Shown piece after piece: positions 13,339 to 25,700 of a stretch of 64,000 nt of DNA. The notes beneath the pieces were generated by a model that saw only the letters and a list, made by a program, of their open reading frames with translations, was not told where the DNA came from and searched no databases. The stretch's first letter is position 1; the number at the start of each line of letters is the position of its first letter. The stretch covers positions 1,488,001-1,552,000 of the forward strand of contig JBLDXI010000055.1 in the NCBI GenBank assembly GCA_047495785.1. The letters run 5' to 3'. Source of the DNA: Lepidodermella squamata. Its lineage: Eukaryota > Animalia > Gastrotricha. The translations under genes and the position numbers were made by a program.

Positions 13339-15210
13339 ATGTCATGGAAAAACGTGATTGTCAAACGACTGGTTGCAAGGGATGCTCGAGAGGATGATCC
13401 AACTTACTCGACTTTGTTCGCCCTTATCGATAAGAAAGCTCATGATGCGACCGCTGCGAGGGACAATCTTGCGAGACAGGTCGCGGCTGATTTGGCGGTT
13501 AGTCAGAACGAAGAGCGGTATCGAGCTGTAGCTGCTGAGTTATTTGAAGTCAGGCAGAGACTTACTGGCGAACAAGCCTCGTTAAGATTAGCCGAAGCGA
13601 AGGTCTCGGCAACAACTGCAAGTTACGACAAGCTTAAACACGAATTCGAACAATTGGAGACATCGAACAATCGATTAAGCAAAGACCACGCTGAAGCGCT
13701 AGACAGAATTAAGGAACTGGAGTCTTGGAATGTTCAGTTGCGGACTGAAATAGATGATAAGACCGCGCGGATTGCTGAAATTGAATGGAAACTTGCGGCT
13801 ATCGAAAAAGAAAACGAAGACATTAAGGTGGCTCATCAACTTGTAATTGTCGAATGTGATACCTTACGCGAAACGCTTGAAAATGCGCACAACAAGTGGT
13901 ATAACGAGTGCGACAAAACTACGAAATTGGAATCTGAAATCAAACGACTAACTCTTTTGCTCGAGCAATATGTTACCGGCCAACGCCCGATTGCTAGCCA
14001 TTCGAATGACTTATATGCGACGTTGCCTGTTACTGGCAGTGGCTCACAGCCTGGTTCTTTCGTGCCCCCGCAACCTATCAAGCAGTTCATGAAAAATATC
14101 TCTGGCTTAATTCGTTCGCAAAGCATAACATCAAGCATTAGCGATCAGGGTAGAGCTCAGGCTGACGATGACTTTCAAATCGTATCACCTCAAGGTTTAA
14201 TATTTTATTTATTCAATCATCATTTTAATTAAATTTCTATGTCAGATGTATGCACAACCTGTCCCTGTCCAACTAAGATCGCCCTCAAATTTGACGCTCA
14301 CGAAGGCGATTGTTCTGCTGTGAAGTGGAGCCCGACTTCGCGATATCTTGCTACCGCTGGTTCTGACCGAGTTATCAAGTTGTGGTCTGTGGACAGCTCA
14401 CTATCATCCGCCCATCTGGCGGCTTCCTTGACCGGCTGTCCCGCGGGCATTCTTGCCCTCGAATTCGACTCCTCCGAAACTCAAGTAGCCGCCGCTTGCA
14501 CCGACAAAACCGCTCGTATTTATCAAATATCAACGAAAATTCAGTCTTGGATTTTGCCTGGTCACTCTGACTCCGTGGTTGCTGTCCGATACGGCGGTCC
14601 TAGTAATGCTGGGCTGGTTACCGCTGACCGAGAAGGCACGATCCGTCTGTGGGATGCAGCGAAGTTTAACTACGTCTTTCGCACTATTTATGTCCCATCA
14701 CGCTGCACCGATCTTGTCGTTCTCGTTGGGGCGGCTTTTTCGATGGCGAGTGGCCATGCCTACAAAAAGGTGAACCTATGGGACCAACGGACTGACTCGA
14801 AGGCGCCAGCTCTTCAGGTTGAAGTGTCAGAAAAAGTGACGAGCCTCGATGTCAACAAGGCGTCATCTTGTCAAATATTAGCCATGACTAAAGACGACTC
14901 GTTGCACTTGATTGATTGGCGGCAAAATCACAAAATCTTGAAGACGTATCGAAACGACGGTTTCATAATCAACAACGAATACGCCAGGGCTACGTTCAGC
15001 CCTGATGGACAGTTTGTTTGTGCCGGTGCCATGGTGGGCTATATGCAAGGCAGTCTTCACGTTTGGAACGCTCTTAGTGGCGAAATCGTCTCAACTGTTC
15101 AAAGAGACGGCTCTGACGCGGCTCCCATAACTGCTGTATCCTGGCAATCGAATGGCCGATGTGTGGCTAGTGTAGACAAGAAACGAAAATGCATATTGTG
15201 GTCCGACTAA
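13339..15210 (+). CDS. Divergent ATG16-like protein (N-terminal WK helix, coiled coil, WD40 propeller)
   Basis: MSWKNVIVKRLVARD, a coiled coil, and a WD40 domain homologous to the downstream ATG16L1 (AHEGD, ATFSPDGQF, SVDKKRKCILWSD). One intron at about 14195-14245. Confidence 0.78.
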
Positions 15211-15409
15211 AAACTTTTTGTTGTTGAAATTGTCGATATTTTTGCTTTGGCTTACATTATTATTATTACACCTATGGTGATCATTGTTTCTCGCTCAGTA
15301 ATGAACTATTTTCGAAAAATTTCTATTCTGCCGTTTTACAAGTAGTATAAAATTATTTCTGTGCACTATTTTGTGAGTCTTTAGATTTCTTTCATAAATT
15401 TGACTCGCC

Positions 15410-17188
15410 ATGTCGTGCCCAGTGCCTTGGAAACGCGTAATACTCAACCGGCTACGTCGGCGCGATGACAACGAAAAAGCGACTTTCGGTCCGGTTTTCG
15501 ATCACATGACCAAGCTGAACGATCAGTGCCACGCTGCCAAGGCGCAAAACACGCAGCTGCAAATCGACGTCGAACGTCTGCGGAAAGAAAACCTGCAGAT
15601 GCAAGTCAAAATCGAGAACGCACTCGGCGCTGGTGGTTTGACGCCTGAGGCGATGGAGAAAATGCAAGCTGATCGGAACAAGCTGTTCGAATTGCAGTCC
15701 GAGTTGACGGATGTGCTGCGCGAGAAGAGTAAGTACGCTCAACAGACCTTGCAGCTGTCGACCCAAATGCAGGAGAAGCAGAAGGTCATCGACGAGAAGG
15801 AGGCGAAAATTCGCGAACTTGAGCAGCAGAGTGCAATTTCGGATACGGAGCGGCGCAAGCTCAAGGAACGCGTCGCCGAGCTATATCGGACGAACCAGGC
15901 CCTGAAAGACGAGCACGGTGCTTCCCTTCTCGTACTAAAAGCCACTGAGGAAAAGCTGGACAAAATCACGCGTGAGCATCAAGATCTCATAGCCAAATGG
16001 CTTGATCTAAAGAAAGAAGAGGCTGAACGGATGAATTCGGAAAACGACGCTTTCCGCCACCAATTAGCTGAACGTCAGCGGAAAACAATTGCAGCCGCCG
16101 TAGCTGATGTGGTCGTGGTTGATTTGCCAGAAGAGGCCGAATCGAAACGCATCCTCGCCGCCCCTTTAAATGTTGTGGTCCCGGCAAAGCCCTACTGCGA
16201 ATTCGACTGCCACGAAGGCGAATGTGATGCCGTTCGTTGGGGCCCCTCTGGTAACTTGTTCGCGACTGGTGGTTGGGATCGAAAACTCAACATCTGGCAA
16301 TTCGCCTCGGGAGATGCCAAGCCGACGCTTCAGCACACGTTGTACGGCTGCAATGCCGGTATCATGGGTATCGACTTCGACCCCGATGAGTCGTTGATAG
16401 CGGTTGCGAGCAACGATTTCGCCAGCCGGGTGTGGAATTTGTCGAGCCAACGCATCGTCCACACGCTAACCGGTCATACAAACAAAGTAATGGCAGCTCG
16501 GTTCTGCGGCCAGGGCATTCTGGTTACAGGTAGCCATGATCGAACCCTCAAAATTTGGGATCTCAACAGCCGAATTTGTTCCAAAACCATTTTTGCTGGT
16601 AATTTTTGTGTTGAAATGAAGATTCGCTGATTTTTACAAAATTAAATTTTAGGCTCAAGTTGCAACGATTTAGCCACGATCGAAATGCTCAATTCGTTAA
16701 TCATCAGCGGTCACTTCGACAAGCGGCTGCGCTTCTGGGACAGACGTGCCGATACCCCGATGAACGAAATCTTGCTGCAGAATCGCATCACCAGCGTCGA
16801 TGTTGATTGTGACAAAACGCAGATTGTTGTTCTTTCCCGCGACGATGTGCTATCGCTTATCGACCTTCGCAATAATCGAGTATTACAGACTTATTCTGCC
16901 GACGGCTTCCGCGTTGCCTACGATTGGTCTCGCGCCGTTTTCAGTCCTGATGGACAGGTAATTTCACCTTTTTGAAATGAAATCCTCCTTCAAATTGTTT
17001 TTTTGATGTAGTATATTTGTGCTGGGTCAAACGATGGCAATCTCTACGTCTGGAACAAGTCGACAGGCAAAGTAGTGGCGAATTTGCGTGGCCACCAGTC
17101 TTCGATCGTTGCCTGTGCATGGCAGCCTTCCGGCCGCTACGTGGTCAGCGTGGATAAAAACCGCCGTGCAATCGTTTGGACCGAGTGA
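15410..17188 (+). CDS. ATG16L1: Autophagy-related protein 16-like 1
   Basis: WKRVILNRLRRRD ATG5-binding helix, KWLDLKKEEAERMNSEN, WD40 motifs HTLTGHTNKVMAARF, SGHFDKRLRFWD, DWSRAVFSPDG. Two introns. Confidence 0.92.
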
Positions 17189-17701
17189 CGTGACCTATGC
17201 AATTCTTCAAATCCATCAGTGTATAATTCCACCGAGTTTTTGGACCTGGTTTTAAATCTTGACTCAGCGCAAATAAACGATGATATATTGATGACAGTGT
17301 GTGTATATGTGTTGCTCCGTCTTGCTTTCATCTTCTTATTAAACAGAGTTTGTCTTCCGTCTTAGAACATCGCCGTTGAACATTTTTTGCTTTGTATTTT
17401 CTAACGACATTAATGGCGAATTCCAAAGTTTTGTACATGTATATATCTATACCTATATTCAGGAAAATCATGCTGAAAATGTTTGAATTTCTATATAATT
17501 ATTGTGAACGCTGATTCATGGATAAACATTTTCTCAAGATGCCAATGAGTGCTATTGAAAAATTATTCTAATACTTAGTAACAGATGACTTCGATTTACC
17601 GGTTATACGAATCGACGGAAAAAAAGAGACGGATAAAGTTGTTTTTTGTAATTGAATTGTTTCCAATTTTTTCGTTAGGATGAGTAATACCCATATGTGA
17701 A

Positions 17702-20700
17702 ATGGCAGCTAACGAAGAACTGCCTGATATGGAGGAAGGTGATTCATCATCCTCATCTGTATCGTCATCCGAAGAAGAAGACATTCCTGAGGCTTTGAAT
17801 GAGCTGGTCTCGGTATTGGAAAATAAAGCGGCCAAATACAACTTGAGCCGTGCCAATGTGAAAAATATCATCAAACATGTAATGCAGAGTGATGAGATGG
17901 TCAGTTTGTTGACCGATGAGCTGTCATCCGAGGGCGCTCGTGCGCCACCAGAGTCTGACCCGGTCGCTATTTTCGGCTCATCCATGCGCATAACCAGGCA
18001 GAGATTCCGCCAACTAGCCGGAGATAAAGTTGTATGTTGATGAAGTTACAAAAGTTACAAAATTAACAAAATTTTGATTTTAAGTGCCCTGACCTTGAAA
18101 AGTTGCTATCTCGACTTCCGCCGGCTCCGTCGGCGCCTAAATCATTTTTCGAGCTCGAATTCCCCGAAGATGACCCGGAAGATACTGAATACGACCCTCG
18201 ATTGGAGGAAGAGAACGAGTTGGATGAAACTCTGGCCTCGCCGACTCAAATAGTTACTACACCCAGAGCTGATTTCACTGATGGCAATTCGTCGCAAACG
18301 TCTGGCAATAATCTCAATTCCTTGTCTGCGATAGGCAGTCCAACGTCAACTTCGAATGCGGGGCTAATCGCCTGCCGTACTCGGTCTCGCTACCCGCTGC
18401 GTGATTTCGACCTGGACGCTATAGCTCCGTTGCCCCCGGAACTTCACTTCGATGGGGATTCGATGTCACCCACCTCGCCCCGGCATCATCACGGGATGTT
18501 GTCCGTACCGGGCAGTCAACGCTGCGTTTCGCCGTCAGGCAGCACAAATCCGGTTGATGATGACGCGATTTACGCTCAATTTTTGGCGAAGGTATTTGAT
18601 TCGGATGAAGCTAGTAACACGAACGAGGCTCGTCAACTCAACTCAGAGACGCCGTCGCAGAGCGAAGTCACCCCTGCTCCACCTACCGTCATGTCGGCGG
18701 CTACAGATGAAGAGCAGGATGACCCTGACTACAATCCAGTGCAAGATTTCGACACCCTGGTGGAGTTTGACCCCGAAGAATATGCCTGGGACAAACGCGC
18801 TCGAATTCCGAAGGAAGAGGTGCGAAGTTTGCGGAAAGAAGCTTTCGCTGACTTGCCCATTCATTGTCATTTGCTTGAAACCTGCGCTGAAGCGGCCGAG
18901 CCGACGCTGAAAACTCCGACAAAGGCGCCTGTTGAAACCCGCAAACGTCCGCTATCAAGCCAGAGGAAAACGCCAGCTGATTTAGATCGGAGTTCGAAGA
19001 AGAGCAATGCATCGAAGAAGACGCGTATCAATTTTTCCGATGAAGAGGAATCGGCTTCGTCGGCCTCTTCGTCTTCAAGCGAGGATGACTTCAACGGGGT
19101 CGATGACCCTGCTTTGCATGATATGGAGCAGAGCGAAAGGGAACCGCGACCTGTTGAGGAAGAGCAGCCGGGTACCAGCCAGGTCGATATTCCAGTTTTC
19201 AGCCCTACACCTGAGCAAATTCTGATTCTGCAAGAACAGCTTCGGAAACACGTTCAGCTGCTTATGCAGAGTTACATAATTGCGGGGAATGCCCCTGAGT
19301 TCATGCTGCTGTCGAACCAAAGTTATCATTATTTGGAAGAACTAGAAACTCTACGCCTGCAATCGCCAGATCCGCTCCGTTCGTGCTTTAACGTTTTCAA
19401 TCTACGCCCGGCGATTGCCTTCCTTGACAAGTGGACGCCTGATTTGATCGGCCCTCCAAGAATGATCCATCAGTCGGTCGATGATGCGAAGAAGCGGTTG
19501 GATCGTAACATCGAGCGGAAAATCGATCGTTATAAGCACTGCCGTGCGAAATTCTCGCATCGCCAAATGGACTTGATGACATTTCACTGCCCGGCTTTAC
19601 TCTACGCTGGTTTACTTCCTCGGAAAGATGAAGGCTATTTTGATGCAGATTTAGAGGAGACGAAGGTGAAGCGGACACCTTGGTTGCCGAGCGAGGACGA
19701 TCTGTTAGCGCTTGGATTGGAGCAATTCTGGATGGCGGGGAAGCATTTTCGAGAGAAAGGCGAAGTGATCTCAAAATACTTGCTTCCTAGCAAAAGTGCC
19801 GAGAACATTCGAGTACGCATCAAAAACGTGTTCTACTCCTCTCAGTATCAAAATGACTTGGAAAACCCAGTGAAAATCTACCAAAAATTCGGCGTTGCTC
19901 CTGAATATGATACAGAAATCTGCCCATTCAACCCAGAGGAGGTTGTTCCGTTAAGAGCTCTTCCAAAAACTTGTCTACCTCAGTGGCTTAATTCGCGGGT
20001 AACCTTCTGGAACAAAGCAATGAAACGCAGAAAGCCCAAAAACAGCCAGATAGAAATAACGTTTTTGGCTGAAATCGATGACGGTTCGAGCGACAATGGG
20101 GATGAAAACGACCGTCCGTCGTCTTCGAATACATCGCCCAATCGAAGTTTGATTCGAGCAGCAACTGGCGGCCAGCATGACCAAAGTTTGGCGCAGAGTA
20201 GCTTTTGCGAAATCGAGACTGCTAGGGGTACGGCTGAACCTGTTAGTTCTAGTTCTGACTCTAACAATATTTCCAAACAGGAAGAGGCGGCGGCGGCAAA
20301 AAACGAAGCGGTGGCCCGAAAAAACAATGACAAGGCGTCGAGTGATGGTGCTATGCGCTCAGCCATCTCGCCCGCTCAGATGGACTCTGCTTCATCTGTT
20401 TCTTTGACAAAAGTTGCCTCGTTCTCTCAGCAAAACGACGATAACTCGAAGTTTACCTCAAGCCCTCCTAGACAGTCATCGACACCGATTTCGTCGAGCA
20501 ACGATGGGTCTTTCTTGTTTACGCCCTCGCGAGATGACGGCACGAAATCATTTTGCCGGTTCGACTCAGACACTTTCAACTCGCCCCGTGTTCGAAAAAG
20601 CACTGTAGCCGATTCAACTCCGTCAGTCGGTCATGGGGTTCTATCGAGTTTGGACGAAGAAGCGGCAGTTTTTCTGACTCCAGTTAAGAATTTTGTGTCG

Positions 20701-22584
20701 AATCGGCGCCATTTCGACTCGGATCCGAGGACAGGCGCTGCGGGTGGGGCTGTATTCGACGCAACTAGTCCAGATTCATTGCCTCCGAATCAGCACCTCG
20801 CTGGGGTTTCATCAACGGCCCAATCCCAAGCATCGCCTCTTCGCGCTCGTCAACCACTTCTAGCGAAGCTACTCGCTAGTCTGACGCCAAAGGTTGCTCC
20901 CAAGAATGAACCAACTGCCCCTGAATCAGGCCCAAGTAATATCATCGCCGTTGTCATTCCGCCGATGTCTTCTTCGACGCCCAGCGTTCCAAGTGGAAAC
21001 GTCATTTCGCCACTCGTAAAACCGAAAAGAGCTCGAAAAGCTTCGGCAGAACCATCAGAAGCCCAACCGAGAAAGTAAAAGTCATTTCCTTCAAATTTTG
21101 AAATTATTTTCAATTTGTCGATTAAAGATTGCGTTTGATTGCTCCGGCACCAATGGTTAATCCGCCTCCAAAATCGCTGCTGGATGCTTCTGATCTGAGC
21201 GCCATGACTCTTCACGTACTTGCGTCTCCTTCACCGAGCAAAGGTGCTAATAAAGTCGTCGAGGGCATTCGAGCGCGAGCTCTAAAACAGTCAAGAGCAA
21301 CTGCCGCGAAACGCAATCTCATGTCATTGGCCGCAGCGAATGGGAACAGTAACGCGAATCCACCTCAATTTGACGGGGATACGTGCGCAGAATCAGCCTT
21401 CGCCCAACCGACGGTTTCTGCCCAGGCTGCCCCAGAACCGGCCGCCAAGCGGCGACAGCCTGCTGCGAAAAAACGTAACCCGCCTCGTTTGAATGAAAAG
21501 CAACGGCAGCGTTTAGCTGACATGTTTAACGCCAGCAATTCAGCTAAAATCAATGCGAATTCAAAGGTCAACTGTGTTTTGACCGGGACCGTGTTGCCCC
21601 TGTCTGGTCTCGCTGCCGGTGCCAACGTTCCCAGCGAGTCAGTTGAGTCGGAGCTGGCCAGTTCCTATCTCGAGTTACTTGAATCATCATTACCCTCATC
21701 AGTCTTTCTGGAAGTTCTGAAGCTACTCGATTCATTTTCTGGTGTCGAAAACGCGCCTGATGTCAAGGGTCTATACTTCAGTCTCAGATCAATTCTGGCA
21801 TCAGCTAGGCGATTGGATTTACTTGATCATTTTGCGAGTTTCCTGTCTGCAAAGCAAGCGGATGATTGTGGCTGTTATCGGGCGTTCTCAGAGTTCGAAG
21901 CAATTTGTGATTTCCTCACCCAGCATCAGGCAGCTTTTGGTGGCCGAAATTCAATGAGAAGTCTGCAAAATATTGTTCGAGTAATAACTTCGGCTGCAAC
22001 AGCTTCGAATCTCAGTTTTTCGGCGTTCGAAAGTGAATTCACGCAGATTGTCGGGGTGCAAACCGGCCTGCTTGAACCTTTGGCTACATTCTTCCCTAAT
22101 GATCGCTGTACAGCCAGTCGGTTGGGAAATTTGGATCGCGATAATTTTGAAACGATAGATCTCACAGCTGAATCTAACAATGTCGAGGTATTTTTTGGGT
22201 AAAAGAGTTCTAAACCAGTTAATAACTGTCTTTCTTTTCTAGCTTTCAACCTCAAATCGAACTAGTGATTTCGAGTGTGTTCGTTTTATGAAGGGAAAAT
22301 ATGGCACGAAAGAATGCCCGTGTGAATGCCACATTTCTGGTGTATCGATACGCGTAACAGCCGTTGTTGCCGGGCAACTAGCTGACTTCAAACGCCATTG
22401 CCGATTGTGCGGAGTTTCGGTGTCGGATGGGAAGCTGTTCGTTCCTGATCCTAGAAATGGCTTCCGGTTGAAGCGGATCCCTCATCTCACTGACCGATTT
22501 CAACTTATTGTAAAGCCGTACGCTGATGCTTTGAATACCGCGGAGCCACCGCAGAATTGTGGCGAGGCTGCTTTAGTCAAATAG
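17702..22584 (+). CDS. GON4L: GON-4-like protein (GON4L/mute)
   Basis: NLSRANVKNIIKHV, IACRTRSRYPL, LQEQLRKHVQLLMQ, SEDDLLALGLEQF, a PAH-like helical region, and YGTKECPCECH. Three short introns. Confidence 0.85.
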
Positions 22585-22750
22585 TTTTTGCGATATTCGT
22601 CTTTTATTTCATTCTTTTCTCATCCTGGCTGAATTGTTATACTATGCGGTTTTAGCTTATACAGGGCTTTGAAGATTTTTATGTGATTGCAGTAAAACAA
22701 ATGTATTGAGTGAAATAATTGATTATTTAGAGGGGTTTCTTACTTTGTTG

Positions 22751-25700
22751 ATGGCTGACTCGGATGCGGAAAATCAGGTGCCGGCACCTGGTGATGACGT
22801 GTTGAGCAGTGACCCTGAGCTTCAACTCGAGGCTAGTCCTCCCCGTCAGAAGCGATATGGCCTAAGAAACCGTTCCCAAAGCACTCAAAGTTCGTCCTCA
22901 ATGTCGTTGCGCGCCCGATCCGCGCTCGACAAACCGATACCTAAATCTCAAAGCGTTTCGCACGAACAAGACGGCGCGGAGAGCGATGAAGAAAATGTTA
23001 TTGTCCGCTCGAAATCGGTTGCCGGCAACCGATTGGCGGCTAGCGGTGACTTTGACGACTCGGACGATGAAGGCCGTGTTTCCCGAAAACGAAAAACGCC
23101 CGCTACTTTTGCTCGAATTATAAGCGACGACGAAGATCAGGATGAAGATGACGTCTTCAAAGTCATTTCAGCCGCAGATAACGAAGTAGTTTTAGCCGAG
23201 AAGGTTGTGAAAAAACGCGGCCGGCCGAAAAAATCGAAAACTGATTCAGTTTCTGATGAAGTCGTGCTGGTTGAAGCGCAGCCTAAGAAAAAACCTGGCC
23301 GGAAGCCGAAGGCCCAAAAGCCGCCCAAAGAACCTAAAAAGAAAAAGAGTAACTACTATTTTTCGTTTTTTTGTTAACTTCATTTCGTTTTATAGCTCCC
23401 GAAAAGAAAACTCGTCGCATTTTGGGAATTGATGAGCTGCAAACTGATACCAGAGCAGCTATGATGGAGGAGTTGGAGCGACAGAAGCGCATCAAAGAGC
23501 GCCAAAAAGTCTATAACATGACTGACATGGCTAGCGCTCTGCCGCCGACCGAATTGACAGATAACAAGGTTGTGTTAGAAGAAAATGAAACCACCCTGCT
23601 GCAGGTCCATCCCGAAATTGCGAACAAATTGAAAAAGCATCAGATTGATGCCGTTCAATTTATGTGGACTGCTTGCTGCGAATCCCTCGATCGCCTTCGG
23701 AACCCTGAAAACCCCGGTTCCGGCTGCATTGTCGCTCATTGCATGGGTCTGGGCAAAACGCTCAGCGTGATCTCATTCGTCCATACTATGGTCTTGAATT
23801 CTGAGCTGACTGGCGTGAAAACCTGCCTTGTCCTCGCGCCGCTGAATACCGTCCTAAATTGGCTGGCTGAGTTTCAGCGCTGGGTTCCAGCCGATGCGTT
23901 GGTCAATGTCTATGAAATTTCGTTGATTAAAGACAATAAAGGTCGAGCGGCTGAGATTGAGCATTGGCAACAGAATGGCGGTGTCATGATTATGGGCTAC
24001 GAGATCTATCGAAAGCTGGCGTCAACCAAGCCGAGGGGTCCGCGGGCGAAAGCGAGGGTTTTCCCAGCCGCTCTCACCGACCCAGGTCCAGATATGGTGG
24101 TATGCGACGAGGGACACATTCTCAGGTCAGAAACCTCCGTGACAACAAAAGTTCTTAACCAGGTAAAATTTGTGATTTTTTCCTGAATTATATCACCTTT
24201 ATTGAATTTTCAGATTCGAACTCGCAGGCGAATCGTTCTCACTGGCACACCGTTGCAGAATAATCTTTACGAGTATCACTGCATGGTGTCTTTCATTAAA
24301 CCAAACTTCCTCGGAACGAAGAAGGAATTCGGCAACTGGTTCGTGAATCCGATCAAAAACGGCGAGACCCTCGACGCCCTGCCGATGGACGTTCAGCTGA
24401 TGAAAAAGCGAACTAGCGTGTTGTATCGTTTGCTAGCGCCTTGCGTTCATCGCCGAGGCTACGAACATCTGGCGAATGTGCTGCCTCAGAAACTGGAGTA
24501 CGTGTTGCTGCTGCGACTGACCCCGGTTCAAACCGAGCTCTACGCCCGCTACCTGCGTGATATCGTCGGCGTGCAGATGTCACTGGATGACATTTCGGAG
24601 CTGGATGCGCATTTCATCCGAAAGCGCTTATTCACCGACTACCACAGTCTGCAATACATCAGCGCGCACCCTTGTCTGCTGTTTGAGGCTTACGAAAGGG
24701 AGCAGCAGCGCGAGATCAAGCGGGAGATCAAGCGCCAGATGGAAGACCTTGATTACGATGTCGATGTCGATCTTGAGCAGCAAATGCTTGATGACATTGC
24801 TGAGGAGCCGGAGCCGGAAGCCTCCGACTTTGACGATGCCGAGTTTCTTGAGGAGGAAGCGGGCGATACTGATGTTGAACTGGAACCAGATGACGAACCA
24901 GAGGATTTCATCAGCTCCGGAACGCCCAGTGGAATGGATCGTAAGTTATGGCGTATATACTCATCCTTAGTAACCCTAGGTCGGAAGGTAAGGGAAGTGA
25001 GGATACAAAGGATGCAGACTGGGTAGATGAATCGATTTGTTGAAGGGGGTGTCATCCATTCAATCGGAATTTATACCCCAAGTCCGTTTTTTTCTTCTAC
25101 CAGTAATTGATGCCATTTTTGCCAAAGGGAACAGCCGAAGCAGGTTTTGAGAACCGGTTTCCACTTAGCCGCTAGCATTTTATCAGTTAAAAAGTCATTG
25201 CCATGAAAACAGAATTTGAGACACACCTTCAATTGTCTTTGTTGCCTGCCATTAGGCAAAGAGGTACCTTGAACTTGCTACATGTAATAGCCTTCGCGTT
25301 GCGGACTCGTTGCCCCTCGGGTGACGATTCCACGCAGATCACGCAGTCACGGCGTGCGATGTTATCGACCACCCACGGGTAGTGTCCAACATCGTCGTTT
25401 CGAGAGTCGTAGACGACGTCAGGTGTGAGGCACGTACGTTTCGCTACCTTGACCATCTTAGCTGCTGGCACGGGCGTGCTTAGACCGGCGATGTTGATAC
25501 TCTGACTTGACCCAAATGGCCGAGGCGATGGCGACAGGGAAGCGGATGTTGACGACACCGTGTTAGCCCGTGGACGACTTCGCCTGAATCTGCAAAGTTC
25601 GGTAAACGAGTGCGGAATCTTTGAGTTAGATTCTTCACCCCGGAATCTAACTCAAATTCCGCCCGCACCGAAGAGGTGCGGGGAATAATTAATAAAGATG

